NCBI GenBank assembly: GCA_016748015.1
Contig: JAAOMT010000706.1
Coordinates: 572,038 to 636,037 of the forward strand
Reading direction: 5' to 3'
From: Geosiphon pyriformis uo1
Lineage: Eukaryota; Fungi; Glomeromycota
Length of the DNA: 64,000 nt
Shown: positions 36,029 to 50,644 of the stretch, piece by piece
Layout of the letters: each line of letters starts with the position of its first letter
Numbering within the stretch: position 1 is the first letter of the stretch
Notes under the pieces: generated by a model
What the model saw: the letters and a program-made list of their open reading frames with translations, nothing else
Told to the model about the DNA's origin: nothing
Databases searched by the model: none
Position numbers and translations under genes: made by a program

Positions 36029-39000
36029 AGTTCTGCATTAAAATGGCTATTAATAAAAGAATAGAAAATTTTGAGTTGGATAAGAGTTACATTATTAAGA
36101 ATGTTTTAAGACATCTTTTTTGTAAGATAGTGCTAGATCATTTGGTTGTAAATGATGAGTTAGTACTGGAGTCAGATTTGGTTAAATTTAAAGTGGATAT
36201 GATCATAGAGAGATGGACTAGAAAGCATAAAGTGATATCTAATATTTCTAATGTTTGGTTTTGCCAATATTAGCCTCTGGATTATGTTTTTAATGATGCT
36301 TTTTTTGATGTGATATGTTCAATTGGGTTTGATGAAATGTTTGCTGTGGTCTCAAATCTGTCAAATAGAAAGGCAGCCAGTCTTTCTGGCATCTTAAATA
36401 AGTTGTAGAAACATTGTGACAAGTCAGTGTTGGATATGCTGTTGGTGTTTTTGAATCTTTGTTTAACTTGTGAATTGGTGTCTAGATCTTGGAAAGAAGC
36501 TTGGGTCTTAATGATTCTTAAACTTTATGAATGGAAAGGTGTTCTTTTAATACTTATCCTATTGCTCTGATTGAAACAATTTGCAAGGTCTTTTTTAAGA
36601 TTTTTTTTGACAGAATTTCTTTGGCTTGCAGTAATTTTGATGTTTTCTATAGGAACAACTTTTCTGTTTTGAGAGATACAATAACACAATCTTCCATTTT
36701 TGTCATTGGTTCTGTTGTTAAAGATGTTTTGGAGAAGAATTGAGAATTTTGGCTGGTTTTGCAGAATATGCATAAGGCCTATAACTCTGTTGGTTGGGAA
36801 CATTTCAGAAAAAGTTTGACAAAAATCAAGATGTGTGACAAATTTATTAAATTTTTTGAAGATTTTTACAATAGTCATATTAACAAAATAATAATGAATT
36901 TCAGCTTGACTAGTAGGTACCATGTTCATAATAGGTTAGATCAAAAAAAAGTTTTTTTGTCTTTTCTGTGATATATATTCTATGATTCACTTCTGTATAA
37001 GATTAAGAGACAAAAAAGTATATGTAGTTATAAATTAAATTTTTATTTTATTTTCAAAACTGGCAAAGTAGAATTTTAGACTGAGTTGATCTCGTTTTTT
37101 GTTGCTAGTGCTTTTGTTGATAATATGATTTGGGTTGATAGTAACCAAGCTGTTATATAACACATTCTCAATTTTGCAAGTGAATTTTTTTGGTTTAATA
37201 ATATTTTCATCAATAATGACAAAACTGTGGCCATCTTTATCAACTGTTGGGTCAAGAACTCTTATCTAACTATCAGTGGCTTGCCCATTTCTGTTGCCAA
37301 AAAAGAAGAATTGCACTGTTACCTAAGTATCTTTTTGTTTTTTGAGGGCTTGTTAAAACTTAGCATTGCTAAGACTTATTTAGATGCTCTATTTTTTGTC
37401 AATCTTGTTTTAAGGAAGGTGATCTTAGATAAACAGTTTGTGTATTTGGTGTTTGTAGTCCTTCATCTAATTATAAGTTATAAGACTCAATTCAGTTTTA
37501 TTCCTATTGGTGTATGTAATAAATAGGATGCTCTCATTTGTAAGAGCTTAAAGTCTAAGTCTGGTCTGTTATTTGATTTCTCCAATGATATGATCCATTA
37601 TTTTTCTTTGTATAGTTTGAAGACATTTGAACAAGTTTAAGCTGAAAGCAAATTGGTCTTAGTTGTTTTCTTTGCAAATTCAGTTGGTATTTTGAACAAG
37701 TTATTTTTTTATAGGTTACATGATCTTCAAGTTCTTAGCTGGCACTTACTTTATTCTTTGCAGTTCTTAGCTTGTGTTAATGTTAATCTTTCAAATAACT
37801 TATTGGCAGGTATGATGTGTATATTTCTAAATATAATTTGTCCTTAGGCAACTCTCTGGCCAGTGCTTTTTGTCTTTGGGGTAGAACTTCTATGTCTCTT
37901 GTTCTTGGTAAATCAACTGTGTCTTTTCACTTCAACATTATGGTATTGCTTTCATGGACTAGCTGCAAGACCAGAATGGTGCTGTTTTTGAGTGGAAGAC
38001 ATTTAAGTAGTGAAAGTGATTAGACTCTCATGGCCCTGTTTTTATTTGGTTTAAACTTTCTGTTCGATTTTTTAATATTACTATTCTCTTTATCAGTTCT
38101 CTACTTTTGGATGGTCAGATATTTTGCAGTCTCATGAGTTTGGTATCATCAAAGACAATCTACTATATGCTAATGCAAATCACTTTTCTGTCTATATGAA
38201 TGAATCTTTAAGTGGTTTGGGAACTCTTGATGTAAAGACTGGTGCAGCTGTTTTTTTTGAGGACATTATTTGAGTTTGGGTGTGTGGTGTTACAGTTCAA
38301 GAATTTAATAGAAATTATAAATAATATAAATTAGTCAATCATGAAATAGCACAGCAACAATTTATAAAAAGAAATAATTTACAAATAACAGCAAGCACTA
38401 TTTTACAATAGCAGCAAGCACTATCATGCAAAAGCAGCAAGCACTATTTAGAAATAAAGAAAATAGAGTATTACAAGATGTTATTTTGTAAAACAATAAT
38501 TATATATATATATAATAGTTTTTAATAATGAAAAATAAAACAAGTTTCAACTAGAAGCAACAAATATCTAAATAAAATCTTATTTAAAAAGAATTAATAA
38601 AAAAAATAATAAATTGAATGAACATCACAATTACAAGATTAACAATAAAATTCACATACTCTCTCTAGTAAATGAAACTATCATTCTATTTCTGAATTCT
38701 TTGGAAGAATAATCCCTGATCAAGATTATTCACGTGGTTACTAATTAAATTGAAAAAGCTTTATTATATACTTAGGAAAAATTGTGAAAAGGCCATTAAC
38801 ATTCCGTGTTTCTAGATTAGAGAAACACATTAGGCAATTGTAAGGATAGCCTCAGAAAAGACCCCAGACAGCAAATAGATTTCAGATTAGCCTCTGAGAA
38901 GGAGTACACAACATACAAAGACAATTAGAATTAAAGAGAAGACTTATATCACAACATCAAGAGAAAACCTTCAGTACATTATCATTAATATCCAACACAT

Positions 39001-40404
39001 AAAATAAAAGAACTCACAAAAGACTGATTACAATTAAAATGGGAGATCAACAATTAAAATATACCAAGAAAACATTCCTGTAACAACAGGTTTTTGGTTT
39101 GTTGTCTTCCACCATAGCAGAACTGCAAGCTATTGTTTTGGCTTTTAAGTGTGTTCTCCTTTCTCATTTTGTAGATTTGTTCACAGACAGCTAGGCTGCC
39201 TTGAATGCATATAAGTCGGATTTAAGGTCAATTCGTTCAGATTTCAGAAATTGGTATTGGATTAAATGTCACCATATTGTAAGCACTATTTGTCACAAAA
39301 ATTTAGTTGTTAGTTGACATAAGATTAGAAGTTATTCTGACATTTTTGGCAATAAGCATGCTAATATGTTTACCAAAATGGCTGCTGTTTCCAATTGGCA
39401 TCTATCTTATTTGATTAGTGAACATTATCTTAGGGCTGGTGGTGTTGCAGTTTTTGGTAATTCTAGACATTTTGTTCAAAGAGTTTTTTAGTCTATTTAT
39501 TATATGCATTAAGAAACTGGTTCTGGTTTTCAGGTGATGGCAGATAGTATGTATATGGAAATTAATTAGTTCAGGTTATCTCTAGTGTGGCATCCTGATT
39601 TTTACTTGGTGGCTAGTTTTACTAGTAAATGGACTGCTGGTTCCCAAACATATTTTATAAAAGCTTTTCATCATCAGCTTCCTGTTGCTATGTGTAAGCA
39701 ATTATATAATAAGTGTTACCTCAATATGGTTTGCTTGTTTTATGGTAATGTTGAGATATCTGACCATGCCTTTTTTTGTCTGTTTAATGTTGCTAGTTAT
39801 GCTCAGTTGTTGAATATTTGTGTATCTGTTTGGAATATGTGCTCTGGTTTATTTTATTCTTCTTTTTGTGTTTTACAGCTGTTGTCTACTTGTGATTTTA
39901 ATGTTGCAGTTAGCATAGCACTGTCTAAGGGTTTTTTTTTAAGGATTGGCATTATGAATTTGTTTCAGTTTTCAAAGATTTTAAGATTACATGTCAACAT
40001 ATTATGGATCTAATGCACAAATTTTGTCTTGCATTCTGGGAGAATATCTAGTTAATGCATGCTAAGCACTATGCTTTTATAGAAAAAAATAGCTTGATTC
40101 TGCATGATAATTCTATTTCTGTTCTAGTATTGGGTTTTCTTTTGATGTTTTTGGCTGGCATAATTAAATTATTGGATATAGCTAAGGCAGTAGGTATGGG
40201 TTTGGAATTTCATAAATTTTGTTTGTTTTTCTTAGATATAAAGAATGTAGTTTCTGTTTATATAAGTGCTTAGTGTTGTTTTAATTGGCCTAAGTGGTTG
40301 GTCATATGTGGAAAATACATGATTCACACCTAGTTTAGATTATTTATATGATGTATTGTACTAGGCAGTATTTGGATTTTACTCATTAAACAAATAAAAA
40401 AAAA
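36029..40404 (+). mobile_element. 5'-truncated, heavily mutated LINE (ORF2 RT-RNaseH-finger, 3' UTR, poly(A)), interrupted by a solo LTR
   Basis: Collinear with 32050-35650; 9-bp TSD ATATTAGTG at 36020-36028 and 40405-40413. Confidence 0.9.
38288..39085. mobile_element. solo LTR (798 bp) inserted in the LINE RNase H domain
   Basis: TGTTACAG...CTGTAACA; degenerate 4-bp TSD GTGG/ACAG; removing it restores SLGVWVFGLLSSTIAELQA in frame; GCAAGCACTA x3 at ~38388-38445. Confidence 0.85.
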
Positions 40405-40413
40405 ATATTAGTG

Positions 40414-41830
40414 TTTTTTTTAAATATAAAAAACATTTATTAAATAATATTAAGTTGAATTTTGTTTTTATCTATATTAAAAAAATTATTTTTATAAATT
40501 ATTATGTAATTTTTAATAATAATAAAAATAATTATTAAAAATTTATTTAAAAATAGTTTTGTTTTTTGTTTTTATTTTTGAATTTAACTTTTTTTTAAGT
40601 GGTTTTAATTAATTTGGTTTTAAAAATAAACAAATTTTAAAAATTCTTAAGTTATTAATAAATTAATTAAATAAACTTATTAAGTTTTTGTTTTAAAAAT
40701 AATAACAAGTTTTTGGCTTTTTTGTTAGTTTTATTTTAGTTTTATTTTTAAAAAAAATATAAAAATAGCTTTAAATCTTGGTTGTTATAAAATAAATTAA
40801 AAAGTTTTTATGAGTTTTTAGGAATTTTTTGTTTAAATTAAATTTTTTAAATATTAAAAATCTTTTTTGATAAATAGTTTAGTTTAAAAATTGTTATATA
40901 TAATATTTGAAATACAAGAATTTTTTAAAACAAAATATTATAATTAAATAATATAAAAAAATAAAAAATTTAATATTAATTATTATAAAAACTAAGTTAA
41001 AATATAATATTAGATTTTAAATCAAAATTAAATATAAAAAAATTTACTTAAAAAATATTATTAATATTAATAATATAATTATAAAAACTTTAAATAAAAA
41101 TTTTTTTGTTGTTTTAAAAAATAATTTTATTAAAAATAAAATTAAATACAATATTAATTGAATATATATAAAAATATGTTTTAATTAATAAAAAAGTTAT
41201 TAATTTTCTAATATAATATAATTTTAAAAAAGTTTTTAAAATTTTTATTTTTATTTTATTTTAATTAATAAAAATTTGTATAAAACTATTATAATTAATA
41301 AAATATTTAATATCTTAACACAAATTACCTAATTGTTTTAATATTTTTTAATTTGAATAATTTGTTAAATAATAAAATTTAATTGAATTATAAGTAAATT
41401 AATAAAAATTACTAAAAATTTGGTTTAAACAAAATTAATAAAATAAATTTAATAAACTCTTTTTAAAAATTTAAATAAAATATAAAATTTATTAAAAAAT
41501 ATATTATTAAGTTTAATTAATAAAGTTTTTTATTAAAATTTTACAGTTTAAAGTTTTTGATTTTAAAAATTAATTAGCTTTAAAAACATATTGAGATAAA
41601 TATTTTGTTAAATGTTTAAAAACCAAAGATTTTAAAAAAAAATAAATTCTGTGTATTAATAAACTTATGTTTAATAGTAATAAAATCAAAAATTTTTTTG
41701 ATTAAGATTAAAAATTTTTATTATTTATTTAAAATAAATAAAACCAAATTTGTTAATAAATTCAGAATTAAAAATACTATTAATAAATACATAAATTTAT
41801 TTATTGTTAATAAAAATTAAAAAAAAAAAA
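40414..41830. other. extremely AT-rich relic DNA ending in an A tract
   Basis: Very low G/C; A12 at 41819-41830 just before the next LINE. Confidence 0.55.
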
Positions 41831-42121
41831 TTTCTTTTTCTCTTACCTTCAAAAATTCTCAAAGAGTGTGTTTTCTAAAAAAGAAGTTTTTTTATTTTTC
41901 TTGTTAGTTTATATCAACATTTCTTTAACTAATAACTTTTTTGTTATGAATTTAAAGGCTGTATCTAGCAGAGATATGTTTAAAAAAAAAGCACCTAAGG
42001 GTACTCTCTATGGTTCTGTTGATAGTTCTTTCTCCCAAAAGAAAAAAGTAGTTCTTAGTAATATTAAACATTCAGGTGATGAAAGAGACCTTTTTTTAGT
42101 CAAGCTTAGTTCTGGTGACAT

Positions 42122-42918
42122 TGTTACTCATAGAATATAGGAAGTATATATTAGCATAAATTAGCCAATCAGAAGTAGCCATAGTAAATATAAAATTCCA
42201 AAATTCCAGAAATTTCAGAATTTTCATACAAAAAATTGCAGAATTCCAAGAATTCCAAGATTCTTGGTGTAAAGAATTAAGGAATTGAGAAATCTCAATT
42301 ATGTATATATAGCAGAGTAGTAGAAACAGAAAAAAGAAGAATCAAAAAGTTAGAAACCTTCCATTCACAAATATTAATAAATAATTATTTACTATCTCAA
42401 TCTATTCTTTACTAGCAACACTTTATGTTAATAATAATTGGTACTTGACCACACTGGAACAATAGCTCTTGATTACGACTATTGACAGGATACTAATTTG
42501 CAATTACTTTTGTTTATTTCTTTTCTTTTATTTTTTTTTACTTTTTTTGTATTTTTTTTTGTATTTCTTTATAATTGACTAATTGATTAAGAATTAAAGT
42601 GCTGAGTTATTAATGTCATGGATAGCTTGGTAAAAGACTCAGAAATAAGGGTAGAATTATATACATATTAATAGATAGCTTACCAGAAGAGCATGACTGT
42701 CAAATTAAACTGGCTACTATGCTGAAAACAGAAATTGGGAAAACAACTTGAGAAAACAACCTAAAACAACCATAGTAAATCTCTGTCTATTATACAAAGA
42801 ACTTTGCAACAAATCTTCAGATTCATTAAACCTTTAGATATCAACACCAGCATACCAAATTAGCACCAAGTTATGAGTTTGTTATTTGATTTGAGACTCC
42901 AAATAAACATCTGTAACA
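42122..42918 (+). repeat. 5' LTR family A (797 bp)
   Basis: TGTTAC...TGTAACA; direct repeat of 51328-52177. Confidence 0.95.
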
Positions 42919-42980
42919 TTTAATGCTCCCTGTGAGGTATAATCTTACAAAGAACCAGTACCAACAACAATCATCCAAAA

Positions 42981-45900
42981 GTGGCAGAATCAGAAATCAT
43001 AAGAGCAAACCATTTAGGATTCACCAAATCTTTGTTTCAACAGTACAGCCAACAATTAGGATTAAACAATAACTACTTTCTAATAGAATCAGTCTTTAAC
43101 TTCTACATCAATAATAAAATCACAGACTGCTTAGGAGAAATAGTTGACATTGAATCCACAAGAGAAAACTTCTATACAGAATTATTTCAACATACTAGCT
43201 TACCAAAAAACTACAGTTTTACATCAATCATCAGAGAAATTAATCAAACCATTGAAAGATACACACAACAACAATTCCCTATTACCTATGCAGACAAAGA
43301 CAAAGAAAGGTTGCAAATACCAGCAATAACACCAAAACAAATACAACCACTCATTTGAAAGAAAACCAGAGTTGAATTACCAATAAATCCATCATACCAC
43401 TATACACCTGGAAGTGCCATTAACATCTTATTAACAAATGTGTCCACATTAACCACAACATCAACATTTGGATGATTCCCATTTCAGAGTAAACAAAGAA
43501 AAGAAGACCTTTTAAAACTATATGGCATGTATTTTAAAGGATTTAAGTCACAATCACCAATGCCATTAGGACTTTGATCTCTGCCACTCCAACCCGATTT
43601 CGGAACTGCAAGTCCTTGGGAAATAATGGAATCAGAAAGAGAACAGAAAAAAAAGGAAAAAGAATCTGAAGATCAAGAATTTACTTACCTAATTCCAGAA
43701 AACCCAGAGATTGAAACCCCAAACCTGCAAATTCAGCAAAATCTAAACTTGGAAAATCCAGAAATCGGAACTCCAAATATTCAAACACTGCCAAATCAGA
43801 ACAATCCAAATCCCGAGTTAATTAATTAGCAAAACTTACCTTCAGTAATTGTCATTAATCAGCCACCAGCTGAACCAATTCAATTGTAACAAATATCATT
43901 GCAACAACCACAACAGTTATTTCAACAGCCACAATAACAACTTCAACAACCAAACTTGGATCCAATAGTCTATGCCCCAATAGCAAAACTTAAGAAATTT
44001 ACTGGCAAAGAAGACAATGCCCAAATATGACTTAATGACATTGAAAAAGCCATCGCAGCAAATGAATGGAACAACCAGAGAGCACTCCAAACCATCTCCT
44101 ATTTCTTATAAAATACCACCAACTTATGATATCAAAGTTTAGTCACCAAACCCCAAACATTCCAGGAATTTAAAATCACATTTTTGGGATACTTTAGTAA
44201 TAATAATAGCATTAACCAATTGGCAAATGCTTTCACCACTATCAAGCAAGAAAAAAATGAAGCAGTCACTACTTATTTAGGATGCTTTCACAAAAATCTG
44301 CATTAAATTCAGATCATACAGGCTGATTATTTCACAGTGCTACAAATTTTGAATCAATTTATTAGAGGCCTGTACAGCAGTATTCTTCAATGTATATCCC
44401 CAATACATCTACAAATTCTTCAAAATGCAGTCACCAATGTGAGAGATTTCGAATTGGCAGAACTTGAAGCAAACCATGTCCAAGCCATAAATCTAGTGAT
44501 AAACAGATCATCTGAATTGGATTCCAAATTGAAACAATTTAGTGATTCTATCAATCAGAAATTAAAGGGATACTTAACTGACAATCATGCAATTTATCAA
44601 CCACCACAATGATGCAATAATTTTGGAAACGTGAATTGGTTTCAGAATTAGTTGTGTCCAACATCTTCGACTAATCAACAGTAACAGCAGGAGATGTATG
44701 CTTGCCACTATTGTGGTAAACAAAAACATTTACAGTTTGAATGTTGTAAACAGCTAAATAAACAAAAATCAGACCAGCAGTATTGAAACTTTGATTGCAG
44801 ACTACAAACCCAGAATTACATCAGTAATTAATTACCAGAACTGTATTAATCAAATTATCTACCTATGACACAACAGCCAATCTATCAACCACCAATTTAT
44901 CAACTAACAACACCCATCAGTTATCAAGTACAGCCCCAACCCATTTATCAGCCACAGCCTCAGGTAATTTATCAGCCCCAACAAATTCAAATACTGCCAC
45001 AGAACTTATCTCAAAATAGAACTCAAAGACTGAAATTGACACAACAAAGCTGGAAATCGTCAATAGTGGTCCATCAACTGATCCCCAGTTTCTCAAACCA
45101 ATCAACAAGACCATGCTCTCAGAATTCAGAAACCAGACATGCCCAAAACCCAAATTCCCAACACTATTTAAGTCTTCTGGTTACTCCAGAAAATGCTCAA
45201 CCCAATAATCTGGAAACCAACCAACAACCAACACTTATCAGCAATATTCCACTGGCTACTATCACCAAAAACAAATCACTGGATGCCATCTTTTCATTTG
45301 AACTTAAGGAACTGTTGGTCACACCATTGTTTAGTGGAGCTGCTCTTAAAAAAAAACCTATTACTGCCATGTACACAGATGCCAAAGTTGATGGCCATCT
45401 CATTAAACTGATCCTAGACAGTAGATCAGCTGGCAGCATCATCACAAGACAACTCATGGACCAATTAGGTCACTGAGTTGATCAAGCTGCCAGCGCCAGA
45501 ATCATAACAGCTGATGGAGCAACCAAAACTCCAATTGGCAAGATTGACAATCTATCCATTAAAATCAATGGCATCATAGTACTTATTAAAGTCCTAGTAA
45601 TAGAAGCAACACAATATCAAGCACTAATTGATAATAACTGGCTAGTCAAAACAAACACCATGCTAGACTGGAACACACAGAAGCTTCAACTTAGCCAGAA
45701 TGGTCAACACACACACATACCAGCCATGTGTGGTCATTTCAAGACTACCAACATGCCAACACCACTCATCAAGTTCGAGAAAGAAGAAAAAAAATCTATC
45801 TGGGAAGCCTATCAAGTGTCATGGGCTGAAAAAGACCACAACAAGTTACCACCAATACCCTCCTGAGACAACAACAGAAAAAGAAAACAGAAGGAAAAAC

Positions 45901-48900
45901 TTATCTGAAATTCTGACCAAGCCTAGGAAGCTAATAACAACCAAAAAGAAATAATAAATTGGGAGTAAGAAGAAAATACAAAAAAGAAAGGAAAGAGGAG
46001 AGAAAAAGAACCAATATTACCCACTACTACCACTTATAATTACTATACCTATACTGCACTACAACAATCCACCTATTGCCAATCTAAGCTCATATGTGCT
46101 GATTGTGGCAAGAAATTGTTATCAATGGGTGTATGCTGTGGCAACAATGAAGAATACCAGACAGCAATAAAGTTCTATTGTCATCCATGTCTTATTGAAC
46201 ACTTTAGAAGACCAAAACAAGTAGAAAAATAGAATAATGAGCCATGTCTGGCTTGTGGAGAAACTTTCCTCAACAAAGGAATATGAAACAACATTCCTGG
46301 CAGGGGAAAAACATGTGACAAATTGTGTTAGTACACAATTCTCATAAGTGACTGGGTAAAAAAAAAAATGTTCATAGACACTGTCTGGAAACGAGCAGTC
46401 AAATGCTTAGACAGTTGTCCACATGATAATGACAAAATTTGGTGAATGGCTCTTGCCAAAATCAAAGAAGTGTCACTAAAAGAAATAAGAACAATCAAAA
46501 ACAATCCACCCAAACTCATAGAACTTGACTGAGACCTAGAACCAGTCATAAATCTCTTGGACCCAGAACAATTCCATGAATACTACCAAGAGCTAACACC
46601 TACAAGAGAAAAGTAAGAGCAACACTTAGAAAAAATCAACACTCAATTATATAACTACTGTTTAATTCCATGTGACTTTCAATATTGTAATAAGTATGAT
46701 CTTATTTACAATCCACCACCATGCATGATCTATGCAATTCCAGAAGAAGAAAAAGAACTAATCAGCAGCTGTGCATCAGAATTGGAATCAACTTTCAATC
46801 TTAATTCAAACTCCGACAATAACAATGACAATGACAAAAATAATGGTTCCAGCTCCATTCAAAATGGCAACAAAAATTACAATAATTCAGACTCCAATTC
46901 AAACTCCGAAACATATATCGTGCTTCTTGACCTCTCAAAGGAGCAGAAACTTAAATGGTTTAGTAATAACAATGAAGATATCATGCCAGAACGTGTGCAT
47001 GATACCAATGCTGAGTTTGATCTGAGATATCCAGGGAAGAACACCATTAAATTGGAACCACACTTGTGCACTTGCATTGATCTCAAAATAGCATTGGAAA
47101 TTCTAGCAACAACAATAGTTTAGTTAGTATCTAGAAGTAGCTTAGCCAAAAAAAAAATCAACATCAGAGGAGAAATAATTAATGCAGAATACATAGAAAA
47201 TATCATTGCTATTCTACAAAATGACTTAGAAAAAGCATATATCATAGATCTAAACAAAAAAATAGCACAGGCAATATTCCTACCTCTGGTGAAAATAGCT
47301 CAGTTAGTACCAGTGGGAAACAGGGAAGAATTAAGAATTACTGCTAGAAGAATACAGGGATTCAGATCAATGAATAGAATAGATATACCAGTTAATATGA
47401 CAGAGGAAAAGGTTATTGACAAAGAAAAAATTATCTCAAACTATTAATCAATTTCCATCCCACCATATGACCAGTATATGTTAGCCATAAAAAGAGAAGT
47501 AAAGAATCAAGCTCAGTTGTTTGAAGCAGAAGCCACTATTTGTGAATCAGAAAAAATTGGACTCACTAATATCTACATATCAGCCAAAAGCCCTAAAAAC
47601 ATCAAAATTTCAATCTACAACACAATGAAAAGTATCATTGAAATACCAAAAGGAACCATTATTGAATATTTAACCACCAAAATTGAGGATCAACCACCAA
47701 ACCACATTCCAGATTTTCTACAGCTTTGTGGATATGTGAATATTACATCACAAATTATTTACAAATGAAGTGAATGTTATTTGCTCCAACCAGAACAATT
47801 GGAACTGATAAACATAGAAAATCTAGACCCACTTCAACAGATACAACTAAAGATATTACTTAGCAATTTCAATGACATCTTTGTTAGCAAAAATGAATTT
47901 GGCTGCACCAACATCATCCAGCATCAGATCAAAACTAAAGATGCAATGCTAATTAAAAAAGAGCATACAGAATACCACCAGCTAGTTATAAGATCATTCA
48001 TCAAGAAATCAATTAGATGCTTGACAATAGGCTAATTCAACCATCAATGAGTCCATGATCATCACCAGTGGTACTAGTCCAGAAAAAAAATGGAAAAATC
48101 CATTTTTGTGTGGACTATCAAAAACTAAATAGAATAACTAAAAGTGATAGTTATCTAACTCTAAAGATCTAAGAACTATTCAATACTTTTCGAGGAAATA
48201 AATGGTTTTTGACACTAGATTTAGATAGTGGTTACTGGCAAGTAGCCATGAATCCAGCTGACAAAGAAAAAACAGTATTTATCACAAAAAAGAGAAATTT
48301 TAAGTTTGAAATCATGCCATTTGGCTTGATGAATGCTCCAGCAATATTTCAATGGCTCATGGAAATTGTCTATACTGGATTACTATGGAAATCAGTAGTC
48401 ATATACTTGGATGACACCAATGTGTTCTCAAAAACATTTGATGATTATCTGCATTATTTCCAACAAGTGTTTGAAAGATTAAGAAAAGCTGGATTGAAAC
48501 TAAATGCAACCAAATGTTTCTTTGGAAAAACTGAACTCAAGTTTTTGGGATATGTGGTAAGCAAAGATGGAATCAAAATGGATCTAGACAAGATTGAAGT
48601 AATTAAAAACTTTCCAGTACCAACTAACTTGACAGAACTAAGAGCATTTTTGGAATTCGCAGGCTATTATCGCCACTTTATCAAAAACTTTTCAAAATTG
48701 GCTCAGCCACTTCACTATCTACAAACCAAGAATGTGAAGTATAAATGGACCGAAGCTCAATAAGAAGTGTTTGACACATTGAGAAGAAAGCTTATCCAAG
48801 CTCCAGTATTGATGTATCCAGATCACAGCAAACTATTTATGATTACCACTGATGCATCTGGTCAACCATTGGAAGCAGTACTATTACAAAGAGGACCAGA

Positions 48901-49207
48901 TAGAAGAGAGCATCCAGTAGCTTATGCCAGTAGAAGCTTAAGTTCAGCAGAAAAAAACTATGAAACTCCAGCACTAGAACACTTAGCAATCTACTGGACA
49001 GTCATGAAATAGAAAAAATACTTAAGCCAAAAGTTTAAAATATATATAGATCACAAAGAATTGACTTCAATCCAGAAGCAAAAATTTGGAGACAATTGCC
49101 ATATCAGATAGAAAATAGAACTTTTACCATTTAATTATACAGTACATTATAAAAAAGAAAAAGACAATGGAAATACTGAAGAACTGTTGTGAATAAAACA
49201 AATCTAA
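42981..49207 (+). pseudogene. family A gag-PR-Cys-rich-dUTPase-RT-RNaseH polyprotein
   Basis: ORF fragments 42981-48035 share one frame; knuckle CHYCGKQKHLQFEC, LILDSRSAGS, FDLRYP, LDLDSGYWQV, MPFGLMNAPA, YLDD, TDASG, AYASR; ends IKQI-stop. Confidence 0.9.
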
Positions 49208-49238
49208 AAGCATTTCAACCCAAAAAATATAACAAAAG

Positions 49239-50614
49239 ATGAATATACAAAAATACCAACAACTTCAACATTATATAAATACCCAATTGTTCAAGTAGAA
49301 ATTATCTCAAAAAAACAAAAGAACATAAAACAACAATCAAAATATTTTATCAACCACCAAAATATACTTTACCAGAAGAACAGAAGAAATCCAGATCAAC
49401 CAACCAGAGTAATCACAGAACCAGAAAAAGAAACAATATTATTCAACATGCACTCAGATCTAACAACAGGACATTTTCACAAAGAAGCAATTATAGAAAG
49501 AACCAAAAAAAAATACTATTGGCCATCAATGTATCTGGACATTATTCAATACGTTCAAAGTTGTGATGCTTGTCAAAGAAGAGGTGGAACAAAACCCAGT
49601 GAACCATTGAAACCAATCAAAGTGGATCAATTATTTGACTGTATTAGAATTGATTTAGTCGGACCATTAACAATTACCAGCAGAGGCAACAGATATATTG
49701 CAGTAGCCATAAATTATCTTACAAAATGACCAGAAGCAAAAGCCATTCAAAGAACAAATGCAGAATCCATTGCCAAATTCATCCATTAAAATTTGATCTG
49801 TTGACACAGATGTCCAAAAGAACTACTATTAGATCAAAGAATCCACTTTGTAAACAGAACACTAACAGAATTAAGTCAAAAATTTGGGATTAAAAGACTA
49901 TTGTCATTACTATACCATTCACAAACCAATGGATTAGTTGAAAGATTCAATAGAACACTGTGTAAATTGATTGCTAAGATCAGTCAAAAAAACCAGAACA
50001 AATGGGACTTGTTTATACTAGCAATATTATTTGCTTATCGGACAATGAAGCAAAACACTACACAAGCAACACCATTTGAATTAGTATATAGTAGAACAAC
50101 AATGCTACTAGTTGAGATAGAAGTCAATACTTATCCAACAGAATTAATAACTAAAGACAATTTTCAAAAAACATTGCTAAGAAGAACATATGACTTAATA
50201 GAAACACTAGAAAACAAATGGCAAAAAACAGCTGATAACATCCAAAAGTTACAAAAAAAACAAAAAGAAAGACATAATAATCAACTACCAGAGAAACCAG
50301 TTGAATTCAAGATTAAAGACAAAGTACTTCTACATCATACTAAAGTGGAAAAACAATGAAGTGGAAAATTTGACCCCAAATGGGATGAACCATTTTACAT
50401 AGAAGAAATTCTGAGAAACAGAGCTTATAAATTAAGATAGAACAACAAAATTTTAGCCAAAGCAGCATATAGTGATCAACTGAAACTATATTACCAGATA
50501 GCATTAGCATTCACCAATAATATTCCACAACTGGAAATACAGCAAATACTAATTCAACCAGATGAGATTCCACAAGATCTAGAATCAACCATAATCATTG
50601 AATCAAACATATAA
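49239..50614 (+). pseudogene. family A integrase ORF
   Basis: HSDLTTGH...CDACQ zinc finger, IDLVGPL, NGLVERFNRTL, GPY/F-like KWDEPFYI; no chromodomain seen. Confidence 0.88.
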
Positions 50615-50644
50615 AATTGAACAATAAAAAGAGTATATAAAGAC

